Assembly: GCA_020853015.1 (NCBI GenBank) | Contig: JADYZQ010000027.1 | Location: 1-39,663 of the forward strand | Length of the DNA: 39,663 bases | Reading direction: 5' to 3' | Source of the DNA: Deltaproteobacteria bacterium | GTDB lineage: Bacteria; UBA10199; DSSB01 | Part shown: positions 27,701-37,238 of the stretch, in pieces | How the letters are laid out: each line of letters starts with the position of its first letter | Position numbering within the stretch: position 1 is the stretch's first letter | The notes under the pieces: generated by a model | The model's input: the letters and a program-made list of their open reading frames with translations, nothing else | The model's database searches: none | What the model was told of the DNA's origin: nothing | Translations under genes and position numbers: made by a program

Positions 27701-29557
27701 CGGGAGGACGAGAACGCCCAGCTGGCCGCGCCCATCCTGCAGCGCACCCGCAGACTATTGGGAGAGGGCTACTCCGTCGAACTGCTCAACCGCGGCGGTT
27801 TGGGCCAGGCCCTGCTTTTGGCGCGGCGCGCGGGCGGGGAGGAGCTCACGATCAGCCTGAGTTCCGTCCTGGATCCATTGGAAGGGCGAGCCCATTTGGA
27901 CATTTGGCTGGACCGGGCCGAGCGGGAATTCCTGCACGCCGGAAAATACCAGAACGGGCAGGGCGGCGATCACCCCCTGGTGCTGGACCTGCAGATTCCC
28001 CGGATTCGCTCGGGCGTCTCGAAACGCGATCTTTCCCTCTGGGCCCGCGACTATCTCGAGACCCGCCCCATGATTCGTGAGATTAGGCTCGCGATTCCCG
28101 GCCGGGGCAGCGAGGTGGCCGATCCCTTCGACCCCGCCGATTTCCGGCTCGAGACCGTGACCCGAGCCATGCCTTCGACCGAGGCCTTGATCGCCAACCG
28201 GCAGCTGGACATGGAGAGGAATCCGAGCGACGTCGCCAACCGCCTCGAATTGTACCGCATGCGCCAGGAATGGGCGCAGGCCCTGGAGGATCGCGGGCTG
28301 GAGCTGAAGAATCACCTCGGCAATCCGCGATGGGCGGAGTTTTTCGCCGATCGGATCCGCGAGGCGCAAGGCGCGCTCGACCGCGCGCGGGAGGCCGAGC
28401 AGCGGATCGTCGGGGAGGCCGGCGGCGCCGAGGCGGGGGCGGCCCAAATCGCCGAGGTGCTCCGCGCCATCGAGCACGTCTCCGCGCGCTTGGCGAAATA
28501 CCAAGGGTTGCGCGACCTGGCCCTGCAGATCACGCAGCTCCGCGAGCGAAATTGGGAATTGCTTTGCGAGACGGCGCGCCTCTTTCCCAACGATGCGGGA
28601 GTCCGCTCCCTGGTGCAGCGCTCGGTGTTGGCCTTGTTCCAGCAACTCGAGAAGGCCGGCGGCACCTCCCTGACCGACGACGCGCCGGCGCGCCGCCTGC
28701 CGGCGGAGCGCTACGACTTGGCCTGGCGCCGCCGGACCTTCTTGCAGGTGGCGGAGATGGTGTTGGGCAGGCCCTTCGACGGCGGGCGCCTGCCCGGTCT
28801 CTTCGACCTGCGCTCGGCGGGGCATTCGGTCCGGGACCTACGCTGGGGTTTCGACGGCCGCGGCTTGGTTTTGCAGGGCGACTTGGTCCCCGACGAGGCG
28901 CTGGTGACGCACGCGGCGCAGGGGCCCGAGGCGGTCCGGCGCACCGCAGTGCCGGGCGAGCCCGACAGCGGATCCTTCTCCTTTCATCTCGGCCGGGACC
29001 GCCGCGGACATTTGCAGGCGCATTTCGACCATCTCACGCTTCCGACGCACCTTCGCGGGCGCAACGTGGGATCCACCTTCTTCCGCGAATTGGTGCGGAT
29101 GGCGCGGGGGTTGGAGATCCCGACCCTGCTCACCCCCGACGTTTCGGGAGACCATCGCTACACGGTGGCGGCCTTCGGCACGACTTTCCGCAGGCCCGAG
29201 GACCGCGACCGGGTGCTCTCGCGTTTCCGGATTTTCTTGTTTGATTACATGTTGAAGCTGCCCGAATTCGAGAATTACGACTTCTCCGCGCTCGAACGCA
29301 TCCGCACGCCCCGGGACTTGGCGCAGGCCCACCTCGATCCCGCGCTGCGGCGATTGAGCCTCGAGCTTTGGGAACCGATGGCCGACGAGAGATTGCCGGA
29401 CTATTATCGCGTGGGCCGGCTTTTCCTGATGAACGAGGCCCCCTCCTACGACGGCGTTTTCGATCTGAGGGACCATTCTTACAGCATGCGCGCCTTCGAC
29501 CAATACCTGGCCCGTCGCCTCGGGAGGGGGTATTTCGGGCCGCCGGAGGAGAATTGA
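24761..29557 (+). CDS. Giant multidomain protein (1598 aa): conserved hydrophobic N-terminal block, helical middle region, C-terminal GNAT-like domain
   Basis: Shares a block with ORF 3..1463. HLTLPTHLRGRNVGSTFFRELVRMAR near 29050 resembles GNAT motif A. The start is uncertain. Confidence 0.8.
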   Translation: MSSGRPFGIGSRSSSFALSPFRARPLLSNSSNNTDSNGVFSPLRRALVASFLLTATGVEAGAGRDGSAYLRALQRLSETITGNTGGLREAFRGLGASDQAALRTRLGGTLDELLALGEESDPELFYAGLLNLGGRAARDGDSVLSGAIYQGLAEGPAEIRDSMPAALGRRALEEFNAMRGTGSAGRRFEYLARHFAREASDPAMLLGMGVAGTVFSATRLGVLSRLAARPAAWWTRGFGAGMAASAAAFPAEVLAFWGTTRVYGLAVRPETLRWDRASIGHELAGLGITLGCLKLFGAASGRLFDRAHGIDPVTGAAARLPAFTRFSRTAFQQLGTLGGIATGHYAEMRLGLRPQVSGDVFWTDALVTLLQFHVGGRLSHHVLGPRHAAMMQEMALRTRGLELPRAATGRTPLPPFGGVLATAGAEGIVGPRPAREGPSREHILEMSIRNPDEKGGPPAVRPASVRGEAGNAERALESPFKALVNALYNEELSPGERYRLSQELHQDLPLAREVYLRMRRTGQIPKERATNEPPADLDAVLHRINLRHFEEVSDRMHDWQARFQFLQRELRERVNQGAKSRRRLTRRLLDSVQLKLLETRRYHHDAESYLGDVKGPSRKSVFAPQRYEKLLHRYNDIQERLGRYIEAKPELAKLLQRYQSVVAGRGAPPKAEPEALEAELRRSPLSAERQDLFRRAMGEGDLLLGQYEGFSVGLWLRDLNAGGDSRRSRRGWRDLGEYLETAEAVRNLLGSDAFQEWQMAHEKLMLAESADKTAGPLLQQILTAKTSQDTSALAGRFIAAVPPVAEALARFRPVLRASAALKWPEMRTQLIRLAERQYLTHETVRGLLAWLDPAANGGDRQMIHAIREEAVAGLIDFVCKGSHTQEHRQEISRFLHEVVARRDLRMFSVLAITFQNYQLGMMRDRLQVRNQPSKDLLTDRMAIESYDRFREAILATGRFYLENREVRGPYFEVFEKLEYGREDENAQLAAPILQRTRRLLGEGYSVELLNRGGLGQALLLARRAGGEELTISLSSVLDPLEGRAHLDIWLDRAEREFLHAGKYQNGQGGDHPLVLDLQIPRIRSGVSKRDLSLWARDYLETRPMIREIRLAIPGRGSEVADPFDPADFRLETVTRAMPSTEALIANRQLDMERNPSDVANRLELYRMRQEWAQALEDRGLELKNHLGNPRWAEFFADRIREAQGALDRAREAEQRIVGEAGGAEAGAAQIAEVLRAIEHVSARLAKYQGLRDLALQITQLRERNWELLCETARLFPNDAGVRSLVQRSVLALFQQLEKAGGTSLTDDAPARRLPAERYDLAWRRRTFLQVAEMVLGRPFDGGRLPGLFDLRSAGHSVRDLRWGFDGRGLVLQGDLVPDEALVTHAAQGPEAVRRTAVPGEPDSGSFSFHLGRDRRGHLQAHFDHLTLPTHLRGRNVGSTFFRELVRMARGLEIPTLLTPDVSGDHRYTVAAFGTTFRRPEDRDRVLSRFRIFLFDYMLKLPEFENYDFSALERIRTPRDLAQAHLDPALRRLSLELWEPMADERLPDYYRVGRLFLMNEAPSYDGVFDLRDHSYSMRAFDQYLARRLGRGYFGPPEEN

Positions 29558-29612
29558 GCCACTGGCATCTATCATTGACACTCGAAACCAGGCTTTGCTA
29601 GGGGCTTCGCGA

Positions 29613-30188
29613 ATGTCTCCGGAGTCCGCCTCCAAAAAATATTCCGTCGGCCTCGAAAAGGCCTTGGACCGCTTCATCGAGAGCGCGGGCAAGATCTCCG
29701 CCAACATGCTGGGGATGGTCAACAAGGTCGGCGGCCAGATCTACGCCTTGCTGTTTCTTTCGCGCGAGCCGCTTTCCCTCGACGACATTTCCGAGATCCT
29801 CCAGGTCAGCAAGGGCAACGTCAGCGTCAACATACGGCTGCTCGAAGAGTTCAAGCTGGTCAAGAAAATCTGGGTGAAGGGCAGTCGGCGCGACTTCTAC
29901 GAGGCCAACCGCGATTACCCGCGCAAGTTCCTCAAAGGCTTTTTCGACAGGCTGCGCGAGGGCGTCGACGAGAGCATCCGCATCATCAACCGCTGCCACG
30001 TCCAGTTCAACGAAGCGCTCGAGGAGATCGAGCCGAAGAGCGAGCAGATGGAGGACGCGAAATTCATGCTCCACCAGCTCGACCTGCTCAAGATGTTCTA
30101 CACCGCGGCATCCCAACTCTTCGACGATTTCTATCAGGGGCGCGACATCAACACCGAGCTCCTCCGGCGCGTCATTCTTGAAGAATAA
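29613..30188 (+). CDS. GbsR/MarR-family winged-helix transcriptional regulator
   Basis: GQIYALLFLSREPLSLDDISEILQVSKGNVS..IR.L...KLVKKIWVKGSRRDFY. Confidence 0.88.
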   Translation: MSPESASKKYSVGLEKALDRFIESAGKISANMLGMVNKVGGQIYALLFLSREPLSLDDISEILQVSKGNVSVNIRLLEEFKLVKKIWVKGSRRDFYEANRDYPRKFLKGFFDRLREGVDESIRIINRCHVQFNEALEEIEPKSEQMEDAKFMLHQLDLLKMFYTAASQLFDDFYQGRDINTELLRRVILEE

Positions 30189-30308
30189 TTTCCGGATCCT
30201 TTTTTCCGAACCCCCCGTTTCATTCGTTCCTCGCGACCTGAGGAAAAATATATTGTACGAAAAATCTCGAAAGATCCCGCGCTTCGCCGCTTCGGGTCGG
30301 CTTTTTAC

Positions 30309-30375
30309 TTGACCCTGACTCGGAAAGTCTTTACAAGGTCCCAAAGCGAAAAAGTGCTTAATAATCAAGTATTTA
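30309..30375 (+). promoter_or_regulatory. Putative promoter with a downstream IHF-consensus/imperfect palindrome upstream of the radical SAM gene
   Basis: TTGACC-17-TACAAG (30309-30337); AATCAA-GTAT-TTA at 30363-30375 matches WATCAANNNNTTR; AAAGGAG RBS before ATG 30439. Confidence 0.45.
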
Positions 30376-30438
30376 GAATGTTTTAAATTTTAAGAATCCT
30401 GAAGTGTAGATCTCATTAAAAGCGTAAAGGAGAGAGTC

Positions 30439-32352
30439 ATGGGAGAAACAAAAATTCTGGATCGCGCGGTGGTTCGCTCCGCGAAGATCGCCTGGCCGGT
30501 GTTCCAATTCCTCAACGGCAAGTTCAAGGACGGCAAATCCTTCCAGCCCAAGTGGGCGCCGGGCCCGCTGCTCAAGAGCTACGAGAAGACCTTTCCGAAA
30601 TTGGGATATCCCCGCAACACCGATTCGCTGTGCCCCGGCTGCGTGAAGGAAGTCCGCGAGGCCATCATCAGCGGCGAGAAGGATTACACCGAGCTGATCC
30701 ACGGCAATCCCGGCGAGATCAAGGCCCAGATCATCGAGCGCGACGGCCAAGTCTGGATGGTCAAAGATTGCCCCAAGCACGGCCACTTCGAGGACCTGAT
30801 GGCCCTCGACAGCAAGTTCCTGTCCCGCATCGAGCGCCTTTTTCCCGGCCGCGATTTCAAGTCGCCCAAGACCGAGGTCCGCAATCACGGCACCTCGACC
30901 ATCAAGTACGGCCGCGGCTCGGTGCTCACCGTCGACTTGACCAACCGCTGCAACATGATGTGCGATCCCTGTTTCATGGACGCCAACCAGGTCGGCTACG
31001 TCCACGAGCTGAGCTTCGACGAGGTGAAGGAAATCCTCGACAACTCCCTCAAGATCAAGCCGCGGCGCCAGATGTCGGTGCAGTTCTCCGGCGGCGAGCC
31101 CACCATGTCGCCGCACTTTCTCGACGCCATCAAGTACGCCAAGAAGGTCGGCTATTTCAGCGTCCAAGCGGCCTCCAACGGGATCCGTTTCGCCGAGGAC
31201 CCCGAGTTCTGCAAGCAGACCTACGAGGCCGGCATGCGCCTGATTTACCTGCAATTCGACGGAATCGGCAACGAGAACAACGAGCACCGTAAGATCGGCA
31301 ATCTCTTCGACGTCAAGCTGCGCGCCATCGAAAACCTCTACAAGGCGGGCATCGACGTCGTTCTGGTCGTGACGATCGTCAATACGGTCAACAACCACCA
31401 GGTCGGCCCCATCGTGAAGTTCGCGATCGAAAACTCCGACAAGATCAGCTTCGTGGCCTTCCAGCCGGTTTCCTTCACCGGGCGCGACGAGGACATCAGC
31501 GACGAAGACCGCAAGAAGATGCGCTACACCCTGGCGCATCTCGCCCACGACGTAAAGCGGCAGACCGGCATGACCGAGCCGCTGCGCGACTGGTTCCCGC
31601 TCTCCATCGGCGGCATCTTCGCCAACCTAGCCGACATGGTGAAGGGGCCGGACCAGGATTGGGGCAACATGAGCTGCGGCTGCCACCCCAACTGCGGCAT
31701 CGGCACCGCGTTGATGGTCAACAAGCGCACCAAGGTCTACAAGCCCGTCTCCGAGTTCCTCAACATGGAGCAGTTCCTCAAGGACGTCGAACGCATCACC
31801 GACGCGGCCCGCGGGCAGTCCCTGACCCGCGCCCAAATCGCGATGGCCCTGCTGCGCAACATCGACCCGACCAAGTTCCCCGAGGGCCTGACCCTCAAGG
31901 GCCTGCTCGAGAAGTTCGACAAGCAGAGCGGCGGGTCCCTGTCCGAGAAGGACTACGGCGTCGGCGCCGAGCGCAAGAAGGACGAGTGGCTCTTCCTGTT
32001 CGTCGCGGGCATGTGGTTCCAGGACCTCTTCAACTACGACTTCCGCCGCACCGAGATGTGCATCATCCCTTACGGCACCCAGCAGGGGGAGATCTCCTTC
32101 TGCGCCTACAACACGGGCGTCGGTTGGAGAAACATCATCGAGAACATGTATAAAAACGCCTCGGTCGGCGAGTGGTACAAGCAGCACGGCCGTCACAAGG
32201 TCTACGCCGACGGCCAGGCGATGCCGCTGCCCAGTTTTGACCACAGCCTGAAGATCGACCCCTCCTTGATAGTCGCCAAGGAGAAGGCCGCGAAGCTCGC
32301 GGAGGAGACCGTCGCCACGGTCGCCGCGACCGGCACCGACGGGGCCCGCTAA
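30439..32352 (+). CDS. tes: Radical SAM protein, tetraether lipid synthase (Tes/GDGT-MAS)-like
   Basis: N-terminal SLCPGC...KDCPKHG metal site; DLTNRCNMMCDPCF (CxxxCxxC); QFSGGEPT; YLQFDG; FQPVSFTGR; CHPNCG; GMWFQD..NYDFRR...CIIPY...ISFCAYN. Confidence 0.78.
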   Translation: MGETKILDRAVVRSAKIAWPVFQFLNGKFKDGKSFQPKWAPGPLLKSYEKTFPKLGYPRNTDSLCPGCVKEVREAIISGEKDYTELIHGNPGEIKAQIIERDGQVWMVKDCPKHGHFEDLMALDSKFLSRIERLFPGRDFKSPKTEVRNHGTSTIKYGRGSVLTVDLTNRCNMMCDPCFMDANQVGYVHELSFDEVKEILDNSLKIKPRRQMSVQFSGGEPTMSPHFLDAIKYAKKVGYFSVQAASNGIRFAEDPEFCKQTYEAGMRLIYLQFDGIGNENNEHRKIGNLFDVKLRAIENLYKAGIDVVLVVTIVNTVNNHQVGPIVKFAIENSDKISFVAFQPVSFTGRDEDISDEDRKKMRYTLAHLAHDVKRQTGMTEPLRDWFPLSIGGIFANLADMVKGPDQDWGNMSCGCHPNCGIGTALMVNKRTKVYKPVSEFLNMEQFLKDVERITDAARGQSLTRAQIAMALLRNIDPTKFPEGLTLKGLLEKFDKQSGGSLSEKDYGVGAERKKDEWLFLFVAGMWFQDLFNYDFRRTEMCIIPYGTQQGEISFCAYNTGVGWRNIIENMYKNASVGEWYKQHGRHKVYADGQAMPLPSFDHSLKIDPSLIVAKEKAAKLAEETVATVAATGTDGAR

Positions 32353-32370
32353 GCTCCGTCCGCTTTTTCG

Positions 32371-32404
32371 GCCCCACGGCGCTTTCTTCCGGGCGCCGTG
32401 GGGC
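32371..32404. terminator. GC-rich hairpin after the radical SAM gene (terminator or processing stem)
   Basis: 12-bp stem gccccacggcgc / gcgccgtggggc with only a short U tail; a second hairpin follows at about 32414-32443. Confidence 0.45.
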
Positions 32405-32557
32405 TTATCCCTCCGCCTCGGGCCGGCGAAGGCCCGCGGGCGGGTATGGCGGTCGAAGGCTAAGGCTTCGCAATCCTTGAGGTATTGCGGATCGTGACGA
32501 GTCGCCGGCCCCGCATTGACGGCCCCGGTTAAATCTGTTACCCCCAGGCTAATCCCT

Positions 32558-33409
32558 ATGAATCCCGTGATTTTCGGCATCGATCCCAAATGGAATTCGC
32601 TACTACCCTTGGTGGCGATCAACGTCCTCATGCTTTCCACGGTGGTGATCTTCGCCGTCTTCGTCTACCGCAAGCGGCCCGGGGATCCCGACTTGGTCGG
32701 GCGCCACACCTCCCGCATGGTGGGGCCCTTCCTGCGCGAGTATTGGGCCTGGTTCATCTCGCCGATCGAATGGATCTTCATTAAACTCAACGTCAGTCCA
32801 AACACCCTGACCACGCTGGGTTTCTTGCTGAGCGGCGTCTCGGCCTACGCCTTCGCCACCGGCCATATGGGCGTGGCGGGCTGGTTCATGATCATCGGCG
32901 GCACTTTCGACATGTTCGACGGGCGCGTGGCGCGAAAGAGCGGCAAGACCAGCAAGTCGGGGGCCTTTTACGACGCGGTGATGGACCGCTTCGGCGAGTC
33001 CCTAGTCTTCTTCGGCCTGGCGTATTTTTACCGGGAGTCTTGGGTCCTGTTCCTGGTGCTCGGCGCGATGGTCGGCTCGCTGATGGTCAGCTATACCAAG
33101 GCGCGGGGCGACAGCGAGGGAGTGGATTGCAAGGGCGGAATCATGCAGCGGCCCGAGCGCATCGTCTACCTCGGCGTCGGATCGATCTTCAGCCCGCCCT
33201 TCCGGCAGATCGTCAACCCCGGCTCTCAACCGCCGGTCGAATACCTCACCATCGCGGCGCTGGGCGTCATCGCGGTCATGACGCTGCTGACGGCCTGCTA
33301 CCGCATGTATTACATCTTCCGAAAACTGCGGATTCGCGACGGCTACCAACCCAAGGAGCCCAGCGTGCCCTTGTTCCGCAAATTCACCCACCGATATTTG
33401 GATTCGTAA
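32558..33409 (+). CDS. CDP-alcohol phosphatidyltransferase, PIP-synthase/archaetidylinositol-phosphate-synthase-like
   Basis: SPNTLT, DMFDGRVAR...GAFYDAVMDR (family signature) and VSYTKAR...G.MQRPER. Confidence 0.9.
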   Translation: MNPVIFGIDPKWNSLLPLVAINVLMLSTVVIFAVFVYRKRPGDPDLVGRHTSRMVGPFLREYWAWFISPIEWIFIKLNVSPNTLTTLGFLLSGVSAYAFATGHMGVAGWFMIIGGTFDMFDGRVARKSGKTSKSGAFYDAVMDRFGESLVFFGLAYFYRESWVLFLVLGAMVGSLMVSYTKARGDSEGVDCKGGIMQRPERIVYLGVGSIFSPPFRQIVNPGSQPPVEYLTIAALGVIAVMTLLTACYRMYYIFRKLRIRDGYQPKEPSVPLFRKFTHRYLDS

Positions 33410-33421
33410 ACGGGAATATGC

Positions 33422-33934
33422 TTAAGCCCGCTCGGGCGCCGGCGCCGTGATGCCGTAGTGTTTCATCAGCTCGGCGAGCCGCTTGCCGTCGATCATTTCC
33501 ATGGGAGGGAGCTCGGGCAGCATCGCGACGTCGGGCGCGAAGAAACCCGTGGTCATCAGGATCCCCTTGCCGCGGCGCTCGCCGATCAGGTTGGAGGCGA
33601 AGTTCTGGACCTCCGCGCTGCTCACCTGGGCGCCTTCGGGATAGAGGATCAGGTGGGCCATGAAGGGGCCGCCGACGATGGGTTCGGGGTTTTCCGCGAA
33701 GATGTCGATCTCGTTGTCCTCGGTGCGGTAGCTGTTGAGGATGCGCAGTCCCATTTTTTCCAATAATTCGCAGCAAATCGCGAAAAACTGGTCGAGATTC
33801 AGGTGTTGCAGGCCGGGATCGATGGGGATCTTCTCCTCGGCGGTCTCCGGACGCTTCGAGGTCTTTTGGATCAAATAAATGAGAAATATACTGAAGAGGA
33901 AGGTGAAAAAGATGACGATCAGCAGATTGCCCAT
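33422..33934 (-). CDS. Membrane-anchored Mrr-like (restriction endonuclease fold) protein, probably inactive
   Basis: N-terminal TM helix; F...C.ELLEKMG, EIDIFA, V...EVQNF, KGILMTTGFF and MIDGKRL.ELM..YG follow the Mrr_cat pattern, but the Q-x-K is absent. Confidence 0.75.
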   Translation of the reverse strand: MGNLLIVIFFTFLFSIFLIYLIQKTSKRPETAEEKIPIDPGLQHLNLDQFFAICCELLEKMGLRILNSYRTEDNEIDIFAENPEPIVGGPFMAHLILYPEGAQVSSAEVQNFASNLIGERRGKGILMTTGFFAPDVAMLPELPPMEMIDGKRLAELMKHYGITAPAPERA

Positions 33935-34001
33935 GCCTCGCGAGAGTGCGGCGTCGCGCCTCGCAAGTCAAGGTTTTTGTCGAGTGATTCTTGGCACTTA
34001 A

Positions 34002-35414
<1,413 letters not shown>

Positions 35415-35432
35415 GGCGCCCGTGAAGGTACC

Positions 35433-37238
35433 ATGAATTCCGTTTTATCGAAAATCGGTCGCGCCTTGTTCGGCTTCCTGTCCTCGCTCAAGCTGGCTGT
35501 CATCGTGATCCTTTCCCTCGCCGCGGTGCTTGCCGTCGGCACTTTCTACGAGTCGCTCTACGACACCGACACCGCCAAGCATTACGTCTACGGCACCTGG
35601 TGGTTCACCGCCATTTTGGGCGTCCTCGGCCTCAATGTCCTGTTCGCGGCCCTGTCGCGCTGGCCCTGGAAGCGCCACCACATCGGCTTTTTGGTCACGC
35701 ACTTGGGCATCCTGATCCTGCTCGCCGGCTCCCTGCTCACCCTGATCGAGGGCTACGAGGGGCAGATGATCCTCGCGGAAGGCGAGACCGGGAAGAAGAT
35801 GACGATCAAAGAGGCCCAGCTCTTCTTCTACGATGTCGACCTGGGCAAGCTCGAGCAGAAGCCCGCCGAGTTCCGCTTCGATCCCCCCGACCCCCGGCGG
35901 CCCTGGGCGACCCGGGTGCTGGGCGACGTCGAGGCCCGCGTCGACGACTTCATCCCCAACGCCGCCGAGGACATCCGCGTCGAGGCCGACAATCCCCTCG
36001 ATAATCCGGCGCTCGAAATCAAGATCAGCGGTTCGCGGACCACGATGCAGGAGTGGGTCTTCGCCCGCGAGTTCGAGCGGCAGCGCCTCAACCTGGGGCC
36101 CGCGACCGTCGCCTATCTCGAGCTCCCCGACTTGGCCGCCTTCCGTCGCCTGTTGAAAGAGCCGGAGGCCTTCGCCGGTCCGGCCCTGTGGCTGGAGGGC
36201 GCGTGGATCCCGGTGAAACCCAATCTGAACCAACCCTTGAAAACGCGCGCCGGCACGCTCACCCTCAAGAACTACCTCTCCAACGCCGCGGTCGATCCCA
36301 ACGGGTTGCGCAGCGTCGATTCCGAGCGCGTCAATCCCGCGCTCACCCTGACGCTCGAGACCCCAACCGGCGGGGAGCGTCATACAGTCTTTGCCAAGTT
36401 CCCGATGCTGCCGACGGTGCATGGCGAGGTAAACTCCAAGCTGCGGCCGAGGCTCTACGACTTTCCGCCCGACTGGAACGCCTCCGACAACGCCCTCGTC
36501 CTGGCCCGCCTCGAGAACGGCGAGCACTACTATGCCCTCAAGTCGGGCGGTGCCTGGCGCGAAATCTCGCCCCTGGCCTTGGACAAGCCGGTGGGCACGG
36601 GCTGGATGGACTTCGAGTTTTCCGTGGTCCAAGACACCCCGCGCGCGCGCATCGAGAAGGTCTACCGCAAGGTCTCCGTCCCCAAGGGCAAGGAGGGGCC
36701 GCCCTCGGCCGTCCGGCTCGCGCTCGCCAACGCCCAGGCCAGCCGGGAGTTTTGGCTGGGGCGGGGGGAAAGCCGCGACGTCGATCTGGGCCCGCGCCGC
36801 CTCAAGGTCGCCTACGGATTGAAGAGCAAGCCCGTCGGCTTCGAGCTGCGCCTCGACGACTTCCGCATGGGCACCTACGAGGGGACCAAGGACCCCGCCA
36901 GCTACGAGAGCCAGGTGACCCTGATCGACCGCGAGGCCCAAGTGCAAGACTCGCGGCTCATCGCCATGAATCAGCCACTGGAGCACGGGAAGTACAAGCT
37001 CTTCCAAGCCAGCTACCAGCTCAATCCCGGCGGCCCCGACTATTCGGTCTTGGCCGTCGCCTACGACCCGGGGATCTTTCTGAAGTACCTCGGTTCCATC
37101 GTGATGTGCACGGGCATCGCCCTGATGTTTTGGTTCAAACCCATGTTCGTTCAAAAACGGATCGCGGCGCGCAAAGCGCAGGCCTCCTCCGCGACCGCCG
37201 GACTCTCACCGGAGATTCCGATGGAGAAAACGCCATGA
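35433..37238 (+). CDS. resB: Cytochrome c biogenesis protein ResB/CcsB (System II)
   Basis: LSSLKLAV, GFLVTHLGILILLAG, MNQPL...Y.LFQASY and DPG..LKYLG motifs. Confidence 0.88.
   Translation: MNSVLSKIGRALFGFLSSLKLAVIVILSLAAVLAVGTFYESLYDTDTAKHYVYGTWWFTAILGVLGLNVLFAALSRWPWKRHHIGFLVTHLGILILLAGSLLTLIEGYEGQMILAEGETGKKMTIKEAQLFFYDVDLGKLEQKPAEFRFDPPDPRRPWATRVLGDVEARVDDFIPNAAEDIRVEADNPLDNPALEIKISGSRTTMQEWVFAREFERQRLNLGPATVAYLELPDLAAFRRLLKEPEAFAGPALWLEGAWIPVKPNLNQPLKTRAGTLTLKNYLSNAAVDPNGLRSVDSERVNPALTLTLETPTGGERHTVFAKFPMLPTVHGEVNSKLRPRLYDFPPDWNASDNALVLARLENGEHYYALKSGGAWREISPLALDKPVGTGWMDFEFSVVQDTPRARIEKVYRKVSVPKGKEGPPSAVRLALANAQASREFWLGRGESRDVDLGPRRLKVAYGLKSKPVGFELRLDDFRMGTYEGTKDPASYESQVTLIDREAQVQDSRLIAMNQPLEHGKYKLFQASYQLNPGGPDYSVLAVAYDPGIFLKYLGSIVMCTGIALMFWFKPMFVQKRIAARKAQASSATAGLSPEIPMEKTP

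Noticed and set aside
30439-32352. MoaA/PqqE/NirJ-type annotation for the radical SAM protein
   Set aside because: The N-terminal CxxC...CxxH site and the C-terminal MWFQD/CIIPY/FCAYN motifs fit the Tes/MJ0619 family better than SPASM/twitch enzymes.
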